The notes under the pieces were generated by a model. The model was given only the letters and a program-made list of their open reading frames with translations, was not told where the DNA came from and did no database searches. Position numbers and translations under genes: made by a program. Positions 9,201-17,713 of a DNA stretch of 32,000 bases are shown piece by piece. The stretch's first letter is position 1; each line of letters begins with the position of its first letter. The stretch lies in the NCBI RefSeq assembly GCF_003609645.1, contig NZ_MCIB01000002.1, forward strand, positions 33,698-65,697, given 5' to 3'. Source of the DNA: Thermohalobacter berrensis (lineage in GTDB: Bacteria > Bacillota > Clostridia > Tissierellales > Thermohalobacteraceae).

Positions 9201-10475
9201 TTGGGAACAATTAACAATGAACAATTAATAAATAATAATCAAAATAAATATAAAAAGACAGAAATAGGAGAGATACCGAAGGAGTGGGAGGTTAAGGAAA
9301 TAGGTGAAATAGGTTCAACTTATAATGGGTTATCTGGAAAAAACAAAGATGATTTTGGTAGAGGAAAGCCATTTATACCATATAAAAATATATTTGATAA
9401 TTCAAAAATAGATATTAATTATTTAGATTATGTTGTTATTAAAGACGATGAAAATCAGAATAAAGTTAAGTACGGTGATATATTTTTTACAACGTCATCT
9501 GAAACACCAGAGGAAGTAGGTATGAGTTCTGTTATTTTAGATGAAATAGATGAATTATATTTGAATAGTTTTTGTTTTGGATTTAGATTAAATGATTTTA
9601 GTATATTGTTACCTGAATTTGCAAGATACTTATTTAGAGGAGGCAAAATAAGAAAAATAGTCTCAAGATTGGCACAAGGCTCTACAAGATTCAATTTATC
9701 AAAAACTCAGTTTATGAAGATAAGTATCCCTATTCCCCCACTTAAAGAACAACAAAAAATAGCATCTATTCTTTCAACAGTGGATGAACAAATTGAACAA
9801 ACAGATGTATTAATCGAAAAAACTAAGGAACTTAAAAAAGGACTTATGCAAAAACTTCTGACTAAAGGTATTGGGCATACAGAATTTAAGAAGACGGAAA
9901 TAGGAGAGATACCGAAGGAGTGGGAGGTAATACCCCTATTTGATACAGGAGAATATATAAACGGAAAAGCATTTAAACCTTCTGAATGGAGAGATGAAGG
10001 TATTCCTATAATAAGAATTCAAAATTTAAATGATAAAAATGCAACATATAACTACTATAATCTAGAAGTAGATAAAAAATATCATGTAAATAAAGGTGAT
10101 TTATTATTCGCATGGTCAGGTTCTATAGGATTGCATATATGGAAAGAAGAGAAAGCATATCTAAATCAACATATTTATAAAGTTATTCCAAGCGAAAATG
10201 TAGATAAAAAATATTTATATTATCAATTATCTAGACAAATTGAAATTTTGCTTGAATTATCACATGGATCAACAATGAAACATATAACAAGAAAAAATTT
10301 AAAATTGGTAAAAATACCATTACCCTCACCTAAAGAACAACAAAAAATAGCCACTATTCTTTCAGAAGTAGATAACCAAATAGAGGAGTATGAAATAAAA
10401 AAAGAAAAACTTCAAAACCTTAAAAAAGGACTTATGCAACAATTATTAACAGGTAAAAAAAGGGTGAAAGTATAG
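9201..10475 (+). CDS. hsdS: Type I restriction-modification system, specificity subunit
   Basis: Two TRDs, each opened by TEIGEIPKEWEV and closed by conserved helices (PPLKEQQKIASILSTVDEQIEQ...KKGLMQKLLT and PSPKEQQKIATILSEVDNQIEE...KKGLMQQLLT). The ORF opens at GTG 9192; the TTG at 9201 has better SD spacing. Confidence 0.95.
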   Translation: MGTINNEQLINNNQNKYKKTEIGEIPKEWEVKEIGEIGSTYNGLSGKNKDDFGRGKPFIPYKNIFDNSKIDINYLDYVVIKDDENQNKVKYGDIFFTTSSETPEEVGMSSVILDEIDELYLNSFCFGFRLNDFSILLPEFARYLFRGGKIRKIVSRLAQGSTRFNLSKTQFMKISIPIPPLKEQQKIASILSTVDEQIEQTDVLIEKTKELKKGLMQKLLTKGIGHTEFKKTEIGEIPKEWEVIPLFDTGEYINGKAFKPSEWRDEGIPIIRIQNLNDKNATYNYYNLEVDKKYHVNKGDLLFAWSGSIGLHIWKEEKAYLNQHIYKVIPSENVDKKYLYYQLSRQIEILLELSHGSTMKHITRKNLKLVKIPLPSPKEQQKIATILSEVDNQIEEYEIKKEKLQNLKKGLMQQLLTGKKRVKV

Positions 10476-11305
10476 TGAGATATGCTTTGGCTTTTCGAGA
10501 TGCTAATTTCACAGAAACTCTAAAGTATATTGATGAAATTTCCAATAGATTTGTAAATGAAATAAAGAAGGTTAGTTACGTTTCAGGAGATGAAGAAATT
10601 CAGGAATTATTATCTGAACAAAGTTTAAATCAATTTTTAGCCATTACTTATTCATTAAATATCCCGATAAATGAGGCTAAGTTAAAGGATCCTAATTTTG
10701 AAGACCTTGGTGAATTGTTTGGATTTAATGATACATTAGAAAATAAAGCAAGACTTATGCAAATGTGGATTTCGTTGGGGTCTGCTCTTGAATCATTATT
10801 ACAAATATTTCTGGGAATCTATTTAAGGGATTATGAAAATTCAGGATGGGGAAAATGGGAGAATTTTAAACTCCAAGAAACTAAAGAGAATCTATTAAGA
10901 ACATTAAATGAGTTAAGAGAGAAAGAAATTATAAGTCAGAAACAAAAGAACACATTTAAGAAAGATATTAAGAACTATTTAAAAGATAAACAACAGACTA
11001 AACATTTAGCAGAGTTAATTTTAGGAAGTTTGATTAATTTTTATTATTCAAATAACTTGTGGCCAGATGATGATGCAGATAGGATAAAAGCAAAAATGGA
11101 TTTTATTAGAGAAAATAGAAACTGTGTACATTCATTTAAGGAGAGATATGTAGGAACTTGGGAAGAATTACTTGATTCTTTAAAGTTTTTTACCCAGATT
11201 ATGTTAGAACTTTTATCACGATTACCTGATGTAGATGAAATTCTCCAATATGAGATAGAACTAAAGTCTGAAATTGAGAGTTATTATAATGATTACTGGT
11301 ATTAA
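10475..11305 (+). CDS. Hypothetical all-helical protein (276 aa) between hsdS and hsdR; weak HEPN-like R-x6-H motif
   Basis: The GTG start shares one nt with the hsdS TAG stop (TAGTG), and AGGGTG lies about 8 nt upstream. Motif FIRENRNCVHSF sits near the C-terminus. I recognise no family. Confidence 0.55.
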   Translation: MRYALAFRDANFTETLKYIDEISNRFVNEIKKVSYVSGDEEIQELLSEQSLNQFLAITYSLNIPINEAKLKDPNFEDLGELFGFNDTLENKARLMQMWISLGSALESLLQIFLGIYLRDYENSGWGKWENFKLQETKENLLRTLNELREKEIISQKQKNTFKKDIKNYLKDKQQTKHLAELILGSLINFYYSNNLWPDDDADRIKAKMDFIRENRNCVHSFKERYVGTWEELLDSLKFFTQIMLELLSRLPDVDEILQYEIELKSEIESYYNDYWY

Positions 11306-11355
11306 AGATAGTTAAATAGTTTAAACTAGTGATATCAAAAGTAGGGGGGGGTAAC

Positions 11356-14300
11356 ATGTCTTATCTAGGGAATGAGGAAACCCTTGTTGAAATACCAGCA
11401 ATTGAATACCTACGGGATAAATTAGATTATCAATTTGTCCATGGACAGTTTTTAACCCCTGAATATGGTGAAAGAGATTCAATGACAGAGGTTATATTAA
11501 AGAAAAGGCTAGAAAAGGCACTCAAAAGACTTAATCCATGGATGAATGATACTAATATAAACAAGGCTATAAGATATCTTACTAGACCAGAAAATTTAGG
11601 GGTTAATTTGTATGACATAAATGAGAAAATATATGACGCTATTGTAAATTTATCTTACTCATTAGAACAAGACTTAGATGGTAGTGGTAAAAAGAAATAT
11701 TACACAATTAAGTTTATTGACTGGCATAATATAGATAATAATGAATTTTTAGTTACTAGACAATTTAAAGTACATGGACCAAATGAAAATATAATACCTG
11801 ATATAGTTATATTTATTAACGGGATACCTGTAGTAGTTTTAGAGTGTAAATCACCATTTCTTGAAAAGAGTAAAAACGAAAATATGGGAAAATATGAAGC
11901 CTTTAATCAACTCCAAAGATACATGAATGCAAGAGGTGGAAATATAGTAGAAGGTGCAGAAAGACTCTTTTATACAAACTTTATTACAGGTATATTAAAT
12001 AAATATCATGGTTACATAGGTACTATAAGTTCTACATATCAATTTTATCAGGAATGGAAAGACCCTTATCCTTTTAAAATAAAGGATATAGATGGAGTAG
12101 AGGATAATGGACAAAATATATTTTTACATGGCGTACTTGAAAAAGAGAATCTTGTAGATATAATGCAAAATTTTATATTATTTGAAAGTGGAGTTAAAAA
12201 GGTTTGTAGATATCAGCAATTTAGAGCAGTAAATAAGGCTTTAAAAAGACTTATTAAAGGTAAGGATTCAATAAGTCGTGGGGGAGTTATATGGCATACC
12301 CAAGGTTCGGGCAAATCGTTAACAATGGTATTTTTAGCAAGAAAAATAAGAAAAATTAAGGAACTTATGGATGCTACTATAGTTGTGGTAACTGATAGAA
12401 TAGACTTAGATAAACAAATTTACAACACTTTTGTAAGAACATTATCTAATATTACTACACCAGTTAGGGCAGATAGTGTGGCTTCATTAAAGGAATTACT
12501 ATCCCTTGCACAACCACAAATTATAATGACTACAATTCATAAGTTCCAAGGAGAAAAGGAAGATAAGGAAGTATTAAAGGATTCAAAACAAAAGAAAGGA
12601 TTGTATTTTGAAAAAGAGTTTCCGGTTTTAACTACAAAGTCAAATGTTATAGTACTTGCTGATGAAGCCCATAGAAGTCAATACAAGACAATGGCAAAAA
12701 ATATGAGGAATGCACTGCCAAATGCTGCTTTTATAGGATTTACAGGAACACCTATAGATAAAAAGGATAAATCCACAGTCAGAACATTTGGTAAATATAT
12801 AGATAAATATGGCATAAAACAAGCAGTAGAAGATGGAGCAACAGTAAAAATAGTATATGAAGGTAGAAAACCAGAACTTCAAATTAAAGGAGACACATTA
12901 GAGGAATTATTTGACGAAGCCTTCGGAGATAGAAGTGATGAAGAGAAGGAAGCAATAAAGCAAAAGTATGCTAACAAAAGGACAATAGTTGAGGCAGACG
13001 AAAGAATAGAAGATATAGCCAAGGATATTCTTACCCATTATAAAGAGCAGATTTATCCTAACGGATTTAAGGCACAGGTAGTGTGCGTATCAAGGGATGC
13101 GTGTGTAAAATACTATAACGCATTAAATAAATATATGGGAAAAATTATAGGAGAAAAATTAGAAGTAAAAATTATATTTTCAGGTAGTCCTAATGATGAG
13201 CCATATTTAAAAGAACACCACACTACAAAAGCAGAACAGGATGAAATAATAAAAAGATTTAAGCAACCAATAGATAAGGATAAACTCTGTTTTATTATTG
13301 TAAAGGATATGCTTCTTACGGGATTTGATGCACCAATTGAGCAAGTAATGTATTTAGATAGACCACTGAAAGAACATAATTTACTACAAGCAATTGCAAG
13401 GGTAAATAGAACATATGGAGATAGTAAGAAGTGTGGTTATGTAGTAGATTATTATGGTATATCTAATCATCTAGAAGAAGCATTAGCAATATTTGATAAA
13501 GAAGAACTAGGACAGCCAATGGAATCCTTAGATTCAATATATAATCAGATGCTTTCTTATAGAGAAGCAGTCATGAATATGTTTAGAGGTGTAGACAAAG
13601 ATGATTTAGACAGCCTAGTTAGAAAAATAGAGCCTGAAGATAAAAGGGCAGAATTTGAACTTGCGTACAAAAGATTTGCAAGTACAATGGAACAATTATT
13701 ACCTTCACGGGTTCCAACTAATATGATAAATGATCTGAGATGGCTTACATATATAAGAGCAGCTGCAAAGGCCAGATTTGAACCACAAAACAAATTAGAT
13801 ATAGCAGGGTGTGGAGGAAAGGTTAAAAAAATAATATCAGAACATCTAAAATCTAAAGGTGTAGAGCAATGGATTGAGCCTATTACATTGTTTGATTCAA
13901 ATTTTAATATAAAAATAAACAAATTAGAATCAGATGAAGCAGTAGCATCAAGCATGGAACATGCTATAAAACATGTAATAAATGTTAGAATGGATGAAAA
14001 CCCTGTTCATTATACTTCGTTGCTAGAAAAACTCAAAAAGATATTAGATGAAACCAAGAATAACTGGATAGAGAGAAAAAATAAGTTAAAAGAATTTATA
14101 GAAAATGACATCCAAAAAGGAGAAATAGAGGAAGCAGAGGCATTAGGACTTACAAAGGAAGAATATGCTTTCTTTCAAACAGTTAAAAAACATCTTAAAG
14201 ATGATAGTGATAATACAAATATAGTAAAAGAAGAAGGAGAAGATTATATATCAAATGAGATAATAGAATTATCGAAAAGTATTGCTAAGGATGTAAGCGA

Positions 14301-14484
14301 AATAGTAAAAGAAAATTATGTTATAGATTGGACAACAAATCCATCAAAGACCTCTGATATAGAAAGGGAAATTTATTTAACCCTTACAAAAAAATATTTT
14401 AAAAAGTTAAAGTTAGAGATAAGAAAACAGTTAGTACAGCCACTTCTTAATTTGGCCAAAAAACATTATGCAGTATTAGATTAA
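11356..14484 (+). CDS. hsdR: Type I restriction enzyme, restriction/translocase subunit
   Basis: N-terminal PD-(D/E)xK (IPDIVIFINGIPVVVLECK). SF2 motifs HTQGSGKSLTMV, VLADEAHRSQ, FTGTP and QAIARVNR. Long helical C-terminus. The G-rich SD precedes ATG 11356 (the ORF opens at 11329). Confidence 0.95.
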   Translation: MSYLGNEETLVEIPAIEYLRDKLDYQFVHGQFLTPEYGERDSMTEVILKKRLEKALKRLNPWMNDTNINKAIRYLTRPENLGVNLYDINEKIYDAIVNLSYSLEQDLDGSGKKKYYTIKFIDWHNIDNNEFLVTRQFKVHGPNENIIPDIVIFINGIPVVVLECKSPFLEKSKNENMGKYEAFNQLQRYMNARGGNIVEGAERLFYTNFITGILNKYHGYIGTISSTYQFYQEWKDPYPFKIKDIDGVEDNGQNIFLHGVLEKENLVDIMQNFILFESGVKKVCRYQQFRAVNKALKRLIKGKDSISRGGVIWHTQGSGKSLTMVFLARKIRKIKELMDATIVVVTDRIDLDKQIYNTFVRTLSNITTPVRADSVASLKELLSLAQPQIIMTTIHKFQGEKEDKEVLKDSKQKKGLYFEKEFPVLTTKSNVIVLADEAHRSQYKTMAKNMRNALPNAAFIGFTGTPIDKKDKSTVRTFGKYIDKYGIKQAVEDGATVKIVYEGRKPELQIKGDTLEELFDEAFGDRSDEEKEAIKQKYANKRTIVEADERIEDIAKDILTHYKEQIYPNGFKAQVVCVSRDACVKYYNALNKYMGKIIGEKLEVKIIFSGSPNDEPYLKEHHTTKAEQDEIIKRFKQPIDKDKLCFIIVKDMLLTGFDAPIEQVMYLDRPLKEHNLLQAIARVNRTYGDSKKCGYVVDYYGISNHLEEALAIFDKEELGQPMESLDSIYNQMLSYREAVMNMFRGVDKDDLDSLVRKIEPEDKRAEFELAYKRFASTMEQLLPSRVPTNMINDLRWLTYIRAAAKARFEPQNKLDIAGCGGKVKKIISEHLKSKGVEQWIEPITLFDSNFNIKINKLESDEAVASSMEHAIKHVINVRMDENPVHYTSLLEKLKKILDETKNNWIERKNKLKEFIENDIQKGEIEEAEALGLTKEEYAFFQTVKKHLKDDSDNTNIVKEEGEDYISNEIIELSKSIAKDVSEIVKENYVIDWTTNPSKTSDIEREIYLTLTKKYFKKLKLEIRKQLVQPLLNLAKKHYAVLD

Positions 14485-14496
14485 GGATGATACGAG

Positions 14497-15210
14497 ATGA
14501 AACTATCATTTAACTTTGGAACAAGAAATATAGAATTTGATGTAGAATATAGAAACAGAAAGACTATAGAAATAAGCATGGAGCCACCGGATACAATAAA
14601 CGTAGTGGCTCCTATTAATACTCCAGAGGATGTAATAATTAAAAAAGTAAAAAGCAGAGGCTCTTGGATAGTTCAAAAACTATTTGAATTTAAGAATATG
14701 GAATATAGAAAAATCAAAAGAGAATTTGTTAATGGAGAATCATTTATGTACTTGGGACGAAATTATTCTCTTCAGATAATAGATGATTTAAATATAAAAA
14801 GACCTGAAGTTAAACTATATCAAGGCAAATTTTATATAAAATCAAATACTAGACAAGAAGATATACTACAGGCTGCAATGGAAAATTGGTATAGGAAAAA
14901 GGCGTTAGAAAAGATAACTGAAAGGGTAAAGTATTATCAGCACTATTTTAAAGAAAAACCTTTAGATATAAAGGTAAAAGAGCAGCAGAAAAGATGGGCA
15001 AGTTGTACATCAAAGAATGAATTATTATTTAATTGGAGATGTGTAATGGCTCCATCTCATGTACTCGACTATATAGTAGTTCATGAAATGTGTCATATGG
15101 TTTATAAAAACCATTCAAAGGAATTTTGGGATTTAGTAGCATCAATAATGCCTGATTATCAAACTAGAAAAGAATGGCTTAGAGATTATGGGGTAAGGAT
15201 GGATTTGTAA
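14497..15210 (+). CDS. DUF45/YgjP-like (COG1451, annotated M48-like) zinc metallopeptidase
   Basis: HExxH in VVHEMCHMVYKNHSKEFW, the family-typical context. It starts 12 nt after hsdR, with SD AAGGATGA. Confidence 0.8.
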   Translation: MKLSFNFGTRNIEFDVEYRNRKTIEISMEPPDTINVVAPINTPEDVIIKKVKSRGSWIVQKLFEFKNMEYRKIKREFVNGESFMYLGRNYSLQIIDDLNIKRPEVKLYQGKFYIKSNTRQEDILQAAMENWYRKKALEKITERVKYYQHYFKEKPLDIKVKEQQKRWASCTSKNELLFNWRCVMAPSHVLDYIVVHEMCHMVYKNHSKEFWDLVASIMPDYQTRKEWLRDYGVRMDL

Positions 15211-15228
15211 AAACTAAAGGGGGATAAT

Positions 15229-16695
15229 ATGGAAGATAACTCAAGAGTTCCAAGAGTGTTTATATCTTATAGTTGGTCATCGCAAGACCATGAAAACTGG
15301 GTGTTGGAATTGGCTGAAAGACTAGTAAACGATGGGATAGATGTTATACTTGATAAATGGAATTTAAAAGAAGGACAAGATAAATATGTATTTATGGAGA
15401 AATCTATAAAAAGAGAAGATGTAGATAAAATCTTAGTAATTTGTGACAAAGTATATCAAGAAAAAGCAGATGAAAGAAAAGGTGGAGTAGGGACGGAATC
15501 TCAAATAATATCAAAAGAAGTGTATGAAGATACTGGTCAAGAAAAATTTATACCTATTATAAAAGAATTTGATGAAAATGGACAACCCTTTCTGCCTACT
15601 TTTTTCAGTACAAGAATTTACTTAGATTTTTCAGATCACTATAAATATGAGGAGAGTTATGAAAAATTAGTAAGAAGTTTATATGGGAAGCCCATGTATA
15701 AAAAACCCAAACTGGGTTCTCCTCCACCATATATTTTAGAAGATGAAGTTGATAACTCTAAAACTAAATACTATGTAAAACAGATTGAAAATGCAATATT
15801 GAATAATAAGAAATTCACAAAGGGGTTAATTGTTGATTTTTTAGATAAAATCATTGAATCTCTCGATGAATATAGAATCTATATTGATAATACATCAAAT
15901 ATTAATGAATTTGATGAACTAGTAATAGATAATATAAATAAATTAATACCGTTAAGAAACGATTTTATCAAAGTAGTAGATATAATTTTTAAATATAAAG
16001 AACATATTGATCTCAATAAGTTTCATAGGTTTTGGGAAGAAATAATAAAATATCAATATAAAACACCAGATATGAGTTCGTATTATCAATTCCAATTTGA
16101 TAATTTTAAGTTTTTTATATATGAATTATTTCTGTATTTTATAACTATATTATTAAAATTAGAAAAGTATGAAGAAGCATCTTTTTTCATTAATGCTACA
16201 TATTTTTATAAAATTAACAATTATGGAGAATTAGTTAACGGCAATATATCAGAATTCAATAATTATGTAGAATCACTTGAACAAATAAGGCAAAATAGAT
16301 TAAAGTTAAATAGAATATCTATAACAGCAGATTTAATAAAAGAAAGGGCTAATATTCACAATATAAAATTCAGAGATATTGTTGAAACAGACTATTTATT
16401 ATTTTTTATAACGATAAATAATAGTAAAGATAGTATAAGGCAAGATATATGGGTTCCTAGATGTAGTGTTTATAATAGTTATCATAGAAAACCTTTAATA
16501 TTTGAGAAGATGATTTCTGCTAGACACTTTGAAAAAGTTAAAATACTATTTAAAGTTAATACACCTGAAGAATTTAAAAATATGATATTAAAAACTACGG
16601 ATTTAGGTATAGATAAAGACTATTATAAATCATTTTATCGTATTATTTCTATAAATAAAGTAGTTGATATAGAAAAATTAGCAACTTTAGATTAA
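15229..16695 (+). CDS. TIR/SEFIR-like domain protein with an uncharacterised ~320-aa C-terminal domain
   Basis: N-terminus PRVFISYSWSSQDHENWVLELAERLVNDGIDVILDKWNL..G.....M...I...DKILVICDKVY...GGVGTESQII matches the SEFIR/TIR beta-alpha pattern. The remainder is helical, with one hydrophobic stretch (FFIYELFLYFITILL). SD AAGGGGGA. Confidence 0.65.
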   Translation: MEDNSRVPRVFISYSWSSQDHENWVLELAERLVNDGIDVILDKWNLKEGQDKYVFMEKSIKREDVDKILVICDKVYQEKADERKGGVGTESQIISKEVYEDTGQEKFIPIIKEFDENGQPFLPTFFSTRIYLDFSDHYKYEESYEKLVRSLYGKPMYKKPKLGSPPPYILEDEVDNSKTKYYVKQIENAILNNKKFTKGLIVDFLDKIIESLDEYRIYIDNTSNINEFDELVIDNINKLIPLRNDFIKVVDIIFKYKEHIDLNKFHRFWEEIIKYQYKTPDMSSYYQFQFDNFKFFIYELFLYFITILLKLEKYEEASFFINATYFYKINNYGELVNGNISEFNNYVESLEQIRQNRLKLNRISITADLIKERANIHNIKFRDIVETDYLLFFITINNSKDSIRQDIWVPRCSVYNSYHRKPLIFEKMISARHFEKVKILFKVNTPEEFKNMILKTTDLGIDKDYYKSFYRIISINKVVDIEKLATLD

Positions 16696-16725
16696 TCATA
16701 AATATAATAAAACAATATAAACAAA

Positions 16726-17448
16726 TTAGAAAGGGAATATCTTTAGCACGGATATTCCCTTCGGTATTTTTCTATTTTTCAAATATTCTTGTATAGCATT
16801 TCTGCAATCTGGGTTTATTGGAACTTTTCTATACTTGCCATGCTTACCGTAAATTAATAAATAAGAACCTCTTTCACGAAGTACTATATTATCAATTTTC
16901 AAAGAAATTACTTCACTAACTCTAAGATCATGTCTTAATAGTTTAATTATCAAAATATGATGCTTATAACCACTCCTGTAAATTTCCCTTTTTAGTTTCC
17001 GAAATGTCTTTTCATCTATCCATTTAGGTTGTGAAGGATTTTCAATTTTAATTTTTTAAAGATTCTTTGATACATCTTTTTTTATATAATTATAAGAATA
17101 AAGAAAAGAAAAGTAGTTTTTTAGGCTCATAATCTTTAAATTTACTGTATTTGCTTTTGCATTTTTAATATTGATTAGATAGGACCTAAAATCGCGGAGG
17201 TCTATTGTTGTAATTATTTGGGGTTGAAAGGAATCTGTATTAGATTTATTAAACCACTTTATAAAATTAACAATATTGTCTATATAAGTATTTATAGTTA
17301 ATTCTGTTTTATCTAGATTTTCTAGATATCCTTTAAACTCATTTAAATAATAACAATCCTTATTGATATATAAATCCCTTTTTTCATCTTTAACATACCT
17401 CCAAAATATTTTTTTAGAAGTATATAAATTTTTGATATTCAGTTTCAA
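16726..17448 (-). pseudogene. Tyrosine recombinase (XerC/D-like phage integrase) pseudogene: in-frame TAA plus loss of the C-terminal catalytic half
   Basis: ORFs 17056..17448 (SAM-like N-terminal domain) and 16726..16953 (LLRHDLRVSEV...GKHGKYRKVPIN) share one frame. Only the TAA at 17056-17058 separates them. The H-x-x-R and catalytic Tyr regions are missing. Confidence 0.8.
16731..16771 (+). terminator. Rho-independent terminator ending the hsd/TIR operon
   Basis: Hairpin AAGGGAATATC / GATATTCCCTT followed by CGGTATTTTT. It lies inside the last codons of the antisense integrase fragment. Confidence 0.65.
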
Positions 17449-17522
17449 GAAAAATTTAGTTTTTTGTATATAAAAATTAATAAAATTATGGCCTAAAAAG
17501 TTTTGTTTCCAATTTTTTAGCC

Positions 17523-17564
17523 TTATTTGTTAATGCATAAATTTTACAATTAGAATATTACTGC
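17523..17564. repeat. Degenerate att-like remnant next to the integrase
   Basis: Ungapped 32/42 match to 6984-7025 of the 154-bp repeat, including two exact 11-mers (TTATTTGTTAA and AATTAGAATAT) on the same diagonal. Confidence 0.55.
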
Positions 17565-17713
17565 TTTTGAAAAAGAGTAATTTTTGGTTGAAACATAAAA
17601 TTGAAAAAAGAATTCTAGTTATGTTTAAAAGTTATATGGAAAATCAAGGAAAAGTATTTTATAATAAAAGTGTAAAAGTTTGTATTATATATTTCAATAA
17701 CAGAGGGTATCGA

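Noticed and set aside
16726-17448. The integrase next to the Type I locus as a phase-variable hsdS shufflon recombinase.
   Set aside because: Only one hsdS is present. I found no inverted partial hsdS copies or inverted repeats flanking TRDs, and the recombinase is itself inactivated.
17567-17713. N-terminal extension of the OLD-family ORF (MKKSNFWLKHK...).
   Set aside because: The family-typical N-terminus (MFVSKLYIKNFRSI) begins at ATG 17714, with AGAGGG upstream. The extension overlaps the att-like remnant and promoter region and has no SD.
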